Assembly (NCBI GenBank): GCA_036867785.1
Contig: CP145422.1
Span: forward strand, 1-64,000
Direction of reading: 5' to 3'
Source: Plasmodiophora brassicae
Taxonomy: Eukaryota
Length of the DNA stretch: 64,000 nt
Within the stretch, counting starts at the first letter, position 1; the number at the start of each line of letters is the position of its first letter. This document shows, in pieces, positions 1 to 10,033 of the stretch. The position numbers and the translations under genes were made by a program. The notes under the pieces were generated by a model, which saw nothing but the letters and a program-made list of their open reading frames with translations, was not told the DNA's origin and made no database searches.

Positions 1-412
1 AAAACCCTAAAACCCTAAAACCCTAAAACCCTAAAACCCTAAAAACCCTAAAACCACCTAAAACCCTAAAACCCTAAAACCCAAAAACCCTAAAACCCTA
101 AAACCCTAAAACCCTAAAACCCTAAAACCCTAAAACCCTAAAACCCTAAAACCCTAAAACCCTAAAACCCTAAAACCCTAAAACCCTAAAACCCTAAAAC
201 CCTAAAACCCTAAAACCCTAAAACCCTAAAACCCTAAAACCCTAAAACCCTAAAACCCTAAAACCCTAAAACCCTAAAACCCTAAAAACCCTAAAACCCT
301 AAAACCCTAAGCCCCTAAACCCTAAGCCTAAAAAACCCTATAAAACCCTAAAACCCTAAAACCCTAAAACCCTAAGCCCCTAAAACCCTAAAAAACCCTA
401 AAAAAACCCTAA
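1..412. repeat. Telomeric repeat array (CCCTAAAA)n = (TTTTAGGG)n; left chromosome end
   Basis: About 50 tandem CCCTAAAA units from base 1, C-rich strand on +. Units are more degenerate at ~285-412 (CCCTAAG, CCCTATAAAA, longer A runs). Confidence 0.99.
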
Positions 413-3400
413 GCCCGGAACCTTACCCGGTTCAGGCAATCCGATGAGTACATAGTCACCGATCTGAAAGTTCGGTGCAGTTGCTCGTCGGTACGCGTCG
501 CTCCTCTTCCTGTGTACGGCTCGGATTTTCTTCGATTGCTGCACTGCTCCCTTGTGCATTTCATTCAGCGACGTCTGCAATTGCATGACTAGCTCCTGAA
601 TATGCTCCTTTGAGAGTGTAGCTTCCCCATACTTCTCATCCCCTGGCCTCTTGAACACTTGCTTCAGCGGGTTGTCTGGTTGACGTCCCATCATCACTGT
701 CACTGGCGCATTCCCGTTGGTACGCGCCTGCGACCTGTGATTGATCGTGTGTTCAATGTTGTGGTTCAACCATGGCCAATCGTATTTGTCCCACTGCAAT
801 TCAGACAGAAGTGCTCTGACTAGTTGCAAGTAGTTCCTGTTGATCACCTCAATTGATCCATTACTGTAATGCCCATAGGCAACAGTCGGGTGATGAGCAA
901 ATCCACATCGACGCGCCAGTTCCTTCACAACGTTTGCCAGAAAGCAAGACGCCATGTCTGACACCATCAACTCAAACGTTCCGAAGATAGCCCTCCATTC
1001 GAGCAGTGCCTCTACAGTGGTTTCCGCATTGGGTGTATGGTCAGGAGTAATCTTGACCATGCCAGACAGATCATCCCTGATTATCAGGTTCCATTGCAGA
1101 TCATGTCTTCCGCCCTTCTGAGCCGCCATCATGTATAGCCAATCCAAGTGAATCACCTGATTCGGCCTAACACCATGAACAGCTGTTCCCAATGGCCTGG
1201 GAATCCTAACCCCGCCCCTTGTCGGTAGACAGTTCAAACACGCGTTGCAGAACGTCCTCATGTCCTCATCGCAGTGTGCCCAATGGCAGAACTCCCCCAA
1301 CTTCCTCAACGAGGCCTTCAGTCCTAGATGCCCACTGTTTCCGCCCGCATGAGCAATAGCGCATAGCTGCAGCTTCAGCTCGTTGCATTCGTCTGGTATG
1401 ATCACCTGTCCCTTCCCTGTGACGAAGAGATCATCACCATTCTTCGGTCGTTTCGTTCCTCTGAGCCATTTCCTCTGAGCCTTACGGATTTCGTCCACGG
1501 TCGGCCATTGGAATTCCTTCCTTTGTAACGGCCGTACCCGATATCCGTCCTCAATTTGAAGCGTTATCCTCCTGATCGTGCGTACCTCTAGGTGCTGGTC
1601 ATCAGGCCCACCGTCCGGTGCACCCCACCGCGTCATAAGATCCGACCACACATTGTCCTCCCCCGCAATGTGTTTAATGACGTAGTTGACCCTCTGTATG
1701 TCCAGTGCCCATCGTTGCAGTTTCTGCGCCGTTGGCTTTGACACGTCCGTTGGTGAGAATATCCTCACGAGATTCCTATGATCGGTAAACAAACGAAACT
1801 GCTCGTTGGTTGTAACGAGATAGTCCAGTTTGTCAATCCCATCCTTGATCGCGAACCCTTCCTTCTCCACCGTGGACCAGTTCCGCTCTGGGCCCGCGAA
1901 CTTGTGTCCGACGAAACCCAGCGGTTCATGTCGCTGCCCATGCACTGGTTTACCCAAGTCCTCAGGCGGAATCTGTGTGACTACCGCCGCGCTGTTAACC
2001 TCATTTGCATCTGAGAATAGGCATTGGATCCGGTCCTTTCGCGGGTACGCTAGTTGGACCGTGTCCGCCACTGCCATCTTCAGTTTCTCGAATGCCAGCG
2101 CATGTTCGGGTGACCATCCATATTTGCACAATCGCACCCTCCTGGCAATGGCTTTCGTCCTGCCAGGTTGGTCCTTCATTGCATCCTCGTATATCCTCTG
2201 TAACAGGTGTACCTTCCTGTTGTACTCAGGGATGGACCTACTCATCCACTGAGTTGCCATAAGGAATTGTTGCAAGTCCCTTGCCGTCCTCGGCTGTGGT
2301 ATCGCCATTAAAGCCTCAATCCTAGCAGGATCGTGCCTTACCCCTTCTGGCGTGAATATCCTTCCACAGAACCGAACCTCTGTTGTGAAGAGCTCACACT
2401 TCTCCACGTTGAACTTGATGCTGTGCCGTTCGGCTAGCATCAGAGTCCGTTCCAACGTTCGGAACCAATCATCCTCCCTTTGGGCATGCCCCATTAGATC
2501 ATCGATCCATATGATTAGTTTGTGGAACATAAGTTCCCCGAACACCTCAAACATCCTCCCTTGATACTGAGGGGCGGAGTTCATTCCCCCCTGCATCGAC
2601 CTCGTTGGGTTATACACCCCCTTATCTGTCATGAAGGAGAAGATCTCCTGACACGCTTCATCCAGCGGCATCATCCAGAAGCCTTTGAACGCGTCTAGCT
2701 TAAACCAGAACCTCGAGCCTGCCAGGTTCCTGAGTATCGCCTCCTGATGTGGCATAGGCCACGCCACGGCGACACATTTGGCATTAACAGCTCTGAGATC
2801 AACACAGAACCGCTTTCCGCCCCCTGGCTTCGTCACCACCACCACCGGTGAAGCCCACTTCGCGTTGTAGTTTTCAACGACTAGGCCATACTTCTTCAAT
2901 TGGGCGACGAATTCCTCCATGAAAGCACTGTCCTCCATACTGTACTTTCTGGCTCGGCACCTGTAAGGTTCCGCATCCGGTTTCAGCTCCGTGACAAATG
3001 GTGTAACCCTGGCTGGACCATCAGGTCCAATGCTCATACGCCAAACGTCCCTATATCTTCTGACGAGTTTCCGAAGCGATTTCCCCATCGCTTGCGGTAG
3101 GCCATTCCTCAATGCGCGCTCGACCATCCCGTCCATCTCCCTTTCCAGGGAGTCTGTGGAATCGGTTCCGATCCTCACATCCTCTGTTTCCTCTTCCTCC
3201 CCTTCCCAGAGAGGTGGCATCTCGTTTGCCATATTGTGCACTTCATCCATGACGTCATTCCCCTTCTTCGGCGTGCTCTTAATGAGTACGTCCAGGGCCT
3301 TCTTTGGGTGGATACCCAAGTCGTCCAACAGCCTCTCCCCTGGGATTATTTCCTTTTCAGGAATGTCCCATACAAGGCATCGGCGCCGGCGAGTGATCAG

Positions 3401-4654
3401 TTCGCCTGCCGTCGTCGTCAGTCCCAGATCCAGTATCATCACATGGTAGGCTGTGTGCTTCGTTTCTCTGTCTACCAGACAGAACGTTTCCGGCTTCTGG
3501 AGGTTCTCCATTGTTAACAATGGGTCCCGCTCCATTAGCTCGCGCGCTATGGTCAATGGCATCAGAACGTCAACCGATGTCGCTCCACTGTCCAGAACCC
3601 CAACGTAGTCTTCCTCATGTCCGTTTACACGAACGACTACTTGGTCCCCTGTCCTCTGCGCCCCCTCCGACACTCTTCCTACCACTGGAAGCCATGGGTA
3701 CTCTGACAAGTCGTCATCTTTATCAGATTTGGCCTTACGGGGTCCATCCCTTCCCGTTGGCCCCTTGCGGCGATCCTTCAGCAGGTCTGCGACCTGCTTC
3801 TTGGTAGGCTTCTTCGGGCAACGAAACGCTGGATGTCCAACCTCGTCACAGTTGAAACATCGCAGGTCCTTCCGGTGTCGTTTCGTGTCCCGGCCTCCAT
3901 CGCCTCCTTCATCCGTCTGCGCCCCTCGCTTCTTCGGGGTGGGTTTGACCTTTCCCTTCCCCTTGCCATCCTCACGTCCCGGCTCCATGTACAACATCGT
4001 CTCCTCATACGATGCAGCCCGTTCCTTCAGCACCCGATAGAATTCCAAAGGGTCCTTCTGGAGATCGGTCTGGCGCTTCATGACGAGGGTCCGCATGAGC
4101 GCTTGTAAACCGGATGGGCGCACAGCACCCAGTAGGTACTTGACCAGGTTCTTCCGTCCCTCGCGGGACGTGAAGAGGTCCTGCCACCCGTTGCGCGCGA
4201 CCAATTCCTCGTACTGCTGCACGAGGTTCACGACCCTTGCCGCTGGTGTGGTGATGGTCAGCTTCATCGCCAGCTTCCGCATCTCCCGGTCGATGTTCGC
4301 GTCCGTCGAGCGATCCTGCTCCAGATGCCTCTTCATCCAGTCCATCAGGTCGCTCTCCGTCACCCCCTCGGCGTCCTTGCCGAGTTCCCACTTGCAGATC
4401 GCCCTGAGCAGACCGGGGTCGATCATACTCCTCACTGACCGCGGGATCTGGCCCTTGGCGTTCGGATCGTCCCGGAAGTGATTCCGATACGTCTTCAGCT
4501 CGGCCATGAACGTCGTGACGGCCTTGCGGTCCATGCTTTTCAAGGTCGGCGCCTTGTTCATCTGCAGGACGATCGTTGAGCCTTGCACGCTCTGTCCTTG
4601 TTGTCGATCATCGACGTCATCTTCCAGCAGCATCTCCTGCGCGGTGGCCACCAT
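398..4654 (-). CDS. Gag-Pol polyprotein (copy 1); last 4 codons and stop come from telomeric DNA
   Basis: CCHC knuckle CFNCDEVGHPAFRC; protease LDSGA; RT RFCVDLR/KLDAFKGFW/WIDD; RNase H FSDA..EKEG..TDHRNL; integrase HHCC (HAGGNSGH..CLNC) and D,D,E (HLDW, VSDMA, SIEVIN). First ATG after the LTR is at 4654; the open frame extends to 4876. Confidence 0.93.
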   Translation of the reverse strand: MVATAQEMLLEDDVDDRQQGQSVQGSTIVLQMNKAPTLKSMDRKAVTTFMAELKTYRNHFRDDPNAKGQIPRSVRSMIDPGLLRAICKWELGKDAEGVTESDLMDWMKRHLEQDRSTDANIDREMRKLAMKLTITTPAARVVNLVQQYEELVARNGWQDLFTSREGRKNLVKYLLGAVRPSGLQALMRTLVMKRQTDLQKDPLEFYRVLKERAASYEETMLYMEPGREDGKGKGKVKPTPKKRGAQTDEGGDGGRDTKRHRKDLRCFNCDEVGHPAFRCPKKPTKKQVADLLKDRRKGPTGRDGPRKAKSDKDDDLSEYPWLPVVGRVSEGAQRTGDQVVVRVNGHEEDYVGVLDSGATSVDVLMPLTIARELMERDPLLTMENLQKPETFCLVDRETKHTAYHVMILDLGLTTTAGELITRRRRCLVWDIPEKEIIPGERLLDDLGIHPKKALDVLIKSTPKKGNDVMDEVHNMANEMPPLWEGEEEETEDVRIGTDSTDSLEREMDGMVERALRNGLPQAMGKSLRKLVRRYRDVWRMSIGPDGPARVTPFVTELKPDAEPYRCRARKYSMEDSAFMEEFVAQLKKYGLVVENYNAKWASPVVVVTKPGGGKRFCVDLRAVNAKCVAVAWPMPHQEAILRNLAGSRFWFKLDAFKGFWMMPLDEACQEIFSFMTDKGVYNPTRSMQGGMNSAPQYQGRMFEVFGELMFHKLIIWIDDLMGHAQREDDWFRTLERTLMLAERHSIKFNVEKCELFTTEVRFCGRIFTPEGVRHDPARIEALMAIPQPRTARDLQQFLMATQWMSRSIPEYNRKVHLLQRIYEDAMKDQPGRTKAIARRVRLCKYGWSPEHALAFEKLKMAVADTVQLAYPRKDRIQCLFSDANEVNSAAVVTQIPPEDLGKPVHGQRHEPLGFVGHKFAGPERNWSTVEKEGFAIKDGIDKLDYLVTTNEQFRLFTDHRNLVRIFSPTDVSKPTAQKLQRWALDIQRVNYVIKHIAGEDNVWSDLMTRWGAPDGGPDDQHLEVRTIRRITLQIEDGYRVRPLQRKEFQWPTVDEIRKAQRKWLRGTKRPKNGDDLFVTGKGQVIIPDECNELKLQLCAIAHAGGNSGHLGLKASLRKLGEFCHWAHCDEDMRTFCNACLNCLPTRGGVRIPRPLGTAVHGVRPNQVIHLDWLYMMAAQKGGRHDLQWNLIIRDDLSGMVKITPDHTPNAETTVEALLEWRAIFGTFELMVSDMASCFLANVVKELARRCGFAHHPTVAYGHYSNGSIEVINRNYLQLVRALLSELQWDKYDWPWLNHNIEHTINHRSQARTNGNAPVTVMMGRQPDNPLKQVFKRPGDEKYGEATLSKEHIQELVMQLQTSLNEMHKGAVQQSKKIRAVHRKRSDAYRRATAPNFQIGDYVLIGLPEPGKVPGLGFF

Positions 4655-4950
4655 CGCGTCCTTCTTTGAAACCTTCCCCGAAAGGATGTTCAAGAGATCT
4701 CTGTGACGTCCCAACGGTGATGGTATATCAGCCGTGTAGTATAATCGTCTGTGTCCCCGACCTGCAGCTCCCACGGACGCCGTGCGGACTCCGTGCGCAC
4801 TCCGTGCATGTCCGTCATTCTTAGGGCGGCCTAGCCGGATCACAGCTATTCTTGTCTTATAGCTTGGAGCCGGCACACGCTTTATTATTGCAGCCCCCGT
4901 CTATCCGAATTCGATCCGACTCGAAGCAGATAGTGGCGACTGCAATCACA
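413..4950 (-). mobile_element. Ty3/gypsy LTR retrotransposon, distal copy, 3'-truncated by the telomere
   Basis: Domain order Gag-PR-RT-RH-IN. One putative 5' LTR. No PPT or 3' LTR; sequence joins telomere repeats at 412/413. Confidence 0.95.
4702..4950 (-). repeat. Putative 5' LTR (249 bp) of gypsy copy 1
   Basis: On the minus strand it starts TGTGA (4950) and ends TCACA (4702), just upstream of gag. Contains AATAAA, TATAAG and an 11-bp internal tandem (CACGGAGTGCG/CACGGAGTCCG). No partner LTR confirms the limits; 4844 is an alternative start. Confidence 0.55.
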
Positions 4951-5596
4951 GCACGATTGACCTCGGTTTCCGGATGATCCGACCACTGGGGGTCGCTCAG
5001 GACTGCCGCGCCTGCACCGATTGCAGCGAACGCTGACGCTCGGTGCCGGCTGAGGCGAGGATGACCAGCACGCTCGGGGCACGCGCGTATCGACCTCATC
5101 GGCTTGTATTGGACAGTTCTGGGTGAGGCGACGTGCCGGCGGCGACTTGTCGATAGTAGGCAGGCGTTCGCATATCGATCGCCGGCAACTGGCGCTGGCG
5201 GGCGCTGTCGTGCTGGACGACCTGCGGGACGGGCAGGTGACTCTCGACAGGCCGGCGGTGACTTCGGCGTGAAGGGCGGCGTTGGCGACCGGCAGCGTCG
5301 TCGGATCGTCGGTCGCGCGGGCGAAGCCCACCATGGAGTCGGCGCCTTCTTCACGTTGGGATGACTCCACGTCTATGGCGTATACCGCCCTCCAACGGGC
5401 ATGCGCATCGCGAACTCGTGTAGGAGGCGCCGGAGAACGGCGCACGCTCCATGGTGTACAGCGCATCCGCCCAGGCTACCTACCGCACGCCGCGCCGCCA
5501 CACGCCACCCGACCGCTTGCAAAATATCAACGGGGCTATTTTGGGAAGGGATCAAGCGTTTTTTGCGTAACCAAGACCAGGGATACACCTGTCATA

Positions 5597-8500
5597 TCAC
5601 CCTTTACCATAATCCATCTGTCGCTTCAGTTCCTCAGTGGCATTCACTTTGCCATGTTCATAGAGGCGAACGCGGTCCCCGTGAACGGTTCGAGTGTCCG
5701 TCTCATTGAACATATTCCTCACCTCGTAGGTGTAGTTCTCGTGGCTATCAGTTATTTGATATAGGCCCCGCCACTTCATAAAGAGCTTCTTGCCCGGAAC
5801 CTTACCCGGTTCAGGCAATCCGATGAGTACATAGTCACCGATCTGAAAGTTCGGTGCAGTTGCTCGTCGGTACGCGTCGCTCCTCTTCCTGTGTACGGCT
5901 CGGATTTTCTTCGATTGCTGCACTGCTCCCTTGTGCATTTCATTCAGCGACGTCTGCAATTGCATGACTAGCTCCTGAATATGCTCCTTTGAGAGTGTAG
6001 CTTCCCCATACTTCTCATCCCCTGGCCTCTTGAACACTTGCTTCAGCGGGTTGTCTGGTTGACGTCCCATCATCACTGTCACTGGCGCATTCCCGTTGGT
6101 ACGCGCCTGCGACCTGTGATTGATCGTGTGTTCAATGTTGTGGTTCAACCATGGCCAATCGTATTTGTCCCACTGCAATTCAGACAGAAGTGCTCTGACT
6201 AGTTGCAAGTAGTTCCTGTTGATCACCTCAATTGATCCATTACTGTAATGCCCATAGGCAACAGTCGGGTGATGAGCAAATCCACATCGACGCGCCAGTT
6301 CCTTCACAACGTTTGCCAGAAAGCAAGACGCCATGTCTGACACCATCAACTCAAACGTTCCGAAGATAGCCCTCCATTCGAGCAGTGCCTCTACAGTGGT
6401 TTCCGCATTGGGTGTATGGTCAGGAGTAATCTTGACCATGCCAGACAGATCATCCCTGATTATCAGGTTCCATTGCAGATCATGTCTTCCGCCCTTCTGA
6501 GCCGCCATCATGTATAGCCAATCCAAGTGAATCACCTGATTCGGCCTAACACCATGAACAGCTGTTCCCAATGGCCTGGGAATCCTAACCCCGCCCCTTG
6601 TCGGTAGACAGTTCAAACACGCGTTGCAGAACGTCCTCATGTCCTCATCGCAGTGTGCCCAATGGCAGAACTCCCCCAACTTCCTCAACGAGGCCTTCAG
6701 TCCTAGATGCCCACTGTTTCCGCCCGCATGAGCAATAGCGCATAGCTGCAGCTTCAGCTCGTTGCATTCGTCTGGTATGATCACCTGTCCCTTCCCTGTG
6801 ACGAAGAGATCATCACCATTCTTCGGTCGTTTCGTTCCTCTGAGCCATTTCCTCTGAGCCTTACGGATTTCGTCCACGGTCGGCCATTGGAATTCCTTCC
6901 TTTGTAACGGCCGTACCCGATATCCGTCCTCAATTTGAAGCGTTATCCTCCTGATCGTGCGTACCTCTAGGTGCTGGTCATCAGGCCCACCGTCCGGTGC
7001 ACCCCACCGCGTCATAAGATCCGACCACACATTGTCCTCCCCCGCAATGTGTTTAATGACGTAGTTGACCCTCTGTATGTCCAGTGCCCATCGTTGCAGT
7101 TTCTGCGCCGTTGGCTTTGACACGTCCGTTGGTGAGAATATCCTCACGAGATTCCTATGATCGGTAAACAAACGAAACTGCTCGTTGGTTGTAACGAGAT
7201 AGTCCAGTTTGTCAATCCCATCCTTGATCGCGAACCCTTCCTTCTCCACCGTGGACCAGTTCCGCTCTGGGCCCGCGAACTTGTGTCCGACGAAACCCAG
7301 CGGTTCATGTCGCTGCCCATGCACTGGTTTACCCAAGTCCTCAGGCGGAATCTGTGTGACTACCGCCGCGCTGTTAACCTCATTTGCATCTGAGAATAGG
7401 CATTGGATCCGGTCCTTTCGCGGGTACGCTAGTTGGACCGTGTCCGCCACTGCCATCTTCAGTTTCTCGAATGCCAGCGCATGTTCGGGTGACCATCCAT
7501 ATTTGCACAATCGCACCCTCCTGGCAATGGCTTTCGTCCTGCCAGGTTGGTCCTTCATTGCATCCTCGTATATCCTCTGTAACAGGTGTACCTTCCTGTT
7601 GTACTCAGGGATGGACCTACTCATCCACTGAGTTGCCATAAGGAATTGTTGCAAGTCCCTTGCCGTCCTCGGCTGTGGTATCGCCATTAAAGCCTCAATC
7701 CTAGCAGGATCGTGCCTTACCCCTTCTGGCGTGAATATCCTTCCACAGAACCGAACCTCTGTTGTGAAGAGCTCACACTTCTCCACGTTGAACTTGATGC
7801 TGTGCCGTTCGGCTAGCATCAGAGTCCGTTCCAACGTTCGGAACCAATCATCCTCCCTTTGGGCATGCCCCATTAGATCATCGATCCATATGATTAGTTT
7901 GTGGAACATAAGTTCCCCGAACACCTCAAACATCCTCCCTTGATACTGAGGGGCGGAGTTCATTCCCCCCTGCATCGACCTCGTTGGGTTATACACCCCC
8001 TTATCTGTCATGAAGGAGAAGATCTCCTGACACGCTTCATCCAGCGGCATCATCCAGAAGCCTTTGAACGCGTCTAGCTTAAACCAGAACCTCGAGCCTG
8101 CCAGGTTCCTGAGTATCGCCTCCTGATGTGGCATAGGCCACGCCACGGCGACACATTTGGCATTAACAGCTCTGAGATCAACACAGAACCGCTTTCCGCC
8201 CCCTGGCTTCGTCACCACCACCACCGGTGAAGCCCACTTCGCGTTGTAGTTTTCAACGACTAGGCCATACTTCTTCAATTGGGCGACGAATTCCTCCATG
8301 AAAGCACTGTCCTCCATACTGTACTTTCTGGCTCGGCACCTGTAAGGTTCCGCATCCGGTTTCAGCTCCGTGACAAATGGTGTAACCCTGGCTGGACCAT
8401 CAGGTCCAATGCTCATACGCCAAACGTCCCTATATCTTCTGACGAGTTTCCGAAGCGATTTCCCCATCGCTTGCGGTAGGCCATTCCTCAATGCGCGCTC

Positions 8501-10033
8501 GACCATCCCGTCCATCTCCCTTTCCAGGGAGTCTGTGGAATCGGTTCCGATCCTCACATCCTCTGTTTCCTCTTCCTCCCCTTCCCAGAGAGGTGGCATC
8601 TCGTTTGCCATATTGTGCACTTCATCCATGACGTCATTCCCCTTCTTCGGCGTGCTCTTAATGAGTACGTCCAGGGCCTTCTTTGGGTGGATACCCAAGT
8701 CGTCCAACAGCCTCTCCCCTGGGATTATTTCCTTTTCAGGAATGTCCCATACAAGGCATCGGCGCCGGCGAGTGATCAGTTCGCCTGCCGTCGTCGTCAG
8801 TCCCAGATCCAGTATCATCACATGGTAGGCTGTGTGCTTCGTTTCTCTGTCTACCAGACAGAACGTTTCCGGCTTCTGGAGGTTCTCCATTGTTAACAAT
8901 GGGTCCCGCTCCATTAGCTCGCGCGCTATGGTCAATGGCATCAGAACGTCAACCGATGTCGCTCCACTGTCCAGAACCCCAACGTAGTCTTCCTCATGTC
9001 CGTTTACACGAACGACTACTTGGTCCCCTGTCCTCTGCGCCCCCTCCGACACTCTTCCTACCACTGGAAGCCATGGGTACTCTGACAAGTCGTCATCTTT
9101 ATCAGATTTGGCCTTACGGGGTCCATCCCTTCCCGTTGGCCCCTTGCGGCGATCCTTCAGCAGGTCTGCGACCTGCTTCTTGGTAGGCTTCTTCGGGCAA
9201 CGAAACGCTGGATGTCCAACCTCGTCACAGTTGAAACATCGCAGGTCCTTCCGGTGTCGTTTCGTGTCCCGGCCTCCATCGCCTCCTTCATCCGTCTGCG
9301 CCCCTCGCTTCTTCGGGGTGGGTTTGACCTTTCCCTTCCCCTTGCCATCCTCACGTCCCGGCTCCATGTACAACATCGTCTCCTCATACGATGCAGCCCG
9401 TTCCTTCAGCACCCGATAGAATTCCAAAGGGTCCTTCTGGAGATCGGTCTGGCGCTTCATGACGAGGGTCCGCATGAGCGCTTGTAAACCGGATGGGCGC
9501 ACAGCACCCAGTAGGTACTTGACCAGGTTCTTCCGTCCCTCGCGGGACGTGAAGAGGTCCTGCCACCCGTTGCGCGCGACCAATTCCTCGTACTGCTGCA
9601 CGAGGTTCACGACCCTTGCCGCTGGTGTGGTGATGGTCAGCTTCATCGCCAGCTTCCGCATCTCCCGGTCGATGTTCGCGTCCGTCGAGCGATCCTGCTC
9701 CAGATGCCTCTTCATCCAGTCCATCAGGTCGCTCTCCGTCACCCCCTCGGCGTCCTTGCCGAGTTCCCACTTGCAGATCGCCCTGAGCAGACCGGGGTCG
9801 ATCATACTCCTCACTGACCGCGGGATCTGGCCCTTGGCGTTCGGATCGTCCCGGAAGTGATTCCGATACGTCTTCAGCTCGGCCATGAACGTCGTGACGG
9901 CCTTGCGGTCCATGCTTTTCAAGGTCGGCGCCTTGTTCATCTGCAGGACGATCGTTGAGCCTTGCACGCTCTGTCCTTGTTGTCGATCATCGACGTCATC
10001 TTCCAGCAGCATCTCCTGCGCGGTGGCCACCAT
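5597..10033 (-). CDS. Gag-Pol polyprotein (copy 2); terminal YGKG* comes from the duplication junction
   Basis: Uninterrupted ORF (frame open 5597-10255) with the same motifs as copy 1 plus the GPY/F-like motif. Confidence 0.93.
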   Translation of the reverse strand: MVATAQEMLLEDDVDDRQQGQSVQGSTIVLQMNKAPTLKSMDRKAVTTFMAELKTYRNHFRDDPNAKGQIPRSVRSMIDPGLLRAICKWELGKDAEGVTESDLMDWMKRHLEQDRSTDANIDREMRKLAMKLTITTPAARVVNLVQQYEELVARNGWQDLFTSREGRKNLVKYLLGAVRPSGLQALMRTLVMKRQTDLQKDPLEFYRVLKERAASYEETMLYMEPGREDGKGKGKVKPTPKKRGAQTDEGGDGGRDTKRHRKDLRCFNCDEVGHPAFRCPKKPTKKQVADLLKDRRKGPTGRDGPRKAKSDKDDDLSEYPWLPVVGRVSEGAQRTGDQVVVRVNGHEEDYVGVLDSGATSVDVLMPLTIARELMERDPLLTMENLQKPETFCLVDRETKHTAYHVMILDLGLTTTAGELITRRRRCLVWDIPEKEIIPGERLLDDLGIHPKKALDVLIKSTPKKGNDVMDEVHNMANEMPPLWEGEEEETEDVRIGTDSTDSLEREMDGMVERALRNGLPQAMGKSLRKLVRRYRDVWRMSIGPDGPARVTPFVTELKPDAEPYRCRARKYSMEDSAFMEEFVAQLKKYGLVVENYNAKWASPVVVVTKPGGGKRFCVDLRAVNAKCVAVAWPMPHQEAILRNLAGSRFWFKLDAFKGFWMMPLDEACQEIFSFMTDKGVYNPTRSMQGGMNSAPQYQGRMFEVFGELMFHKLIIWIDDLMGHAQREDDWFRTLERTLMLAERHSIKFNVEKCELFTTEVRFCGRIFTPEGVRHDPARIEALMAIPQPRTARDLQQFLMATQWMSRSIPEYNRKVHLLQRIYEDAMKDQPGRTKAIARRVRLCKYGWSPEHALAFEKLKMAVADTVQLAYPRKDRIQCLFSDANEVNSAAVVTQIPPEDLGKPVHGQRHEPLGFVGHKFAGPERNWSTVEKEGFAIKDGIDKLDYLVTTNEQFRLFTDHRNLVRIFSPTDVSKPTAQKLQRWALDIQRVNYVIKHIAGEDNVWSDLMTRWGAPDGGPDDQHLEVRTIRRITLQIEDGYRVRPLQRKEFQWPTVDEIRKAQRKWLRGTKRPKNGDDLFVTGKGQVIIPDECNELKLQLCAIAHAGGNSGHLGLKASLRKLGEFCHWAHCDEDMRTFCNACLNCLPTRGGVRIPRPLGTAVHGVRPNQVIHLDWLYMMAAQKGGRHDLQWNLIIRDDLSGMVKITPDHTPNAETTVEALLEWRAIFGTFELMVSDMASCFLANVVKELARRCGFAHHPTVAYGHYSNGSIEVINRNYLQLVRALLSELQWDKYDWPWLNHNIEHTINHRSQARTNGNAPVTVMMGRQPDNPLKQVFKRPGDEKYGEATLSKEHIQELVMQLQTSLNEMHKGAVQQSKKIRAVHRKRSDAYRRATAPNFQIGDYVLIGLPEPGKVPGKKLFMKWRGLYQITDSHENYTYEVRNMFNETDTRTVHGDRVRLYEHGKVNATEELKRQMDYGKG

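Larger units (their letters stand above)
413..5613. repeat. Tandem segmental duplication, distal copy (matches 5792-10992; offset 5379 bp)
   Basis: GCCCGGAACCTTACC at 413 and 5792; CTTTACCATAAT ends at 5613 and 10992, after which the two diverge. Every ORF-track peptide inside the segment recurs identically at +5379. Confidence 0.97.

Noticed and set aside
4820-4826. CTTAGGG telomere-like heptamer inside the LTR
   Set aside because: A single short match in the opposite orientation to the telomere; expected by chance.
4655-4876. N-terminal 74 aa of the ORF-track Gag (GTG start at 4876 / 10255)
   Set aside because: Lies within the putative LTR and leader; the first ATG at 4654 (10033) is the more plausible start.
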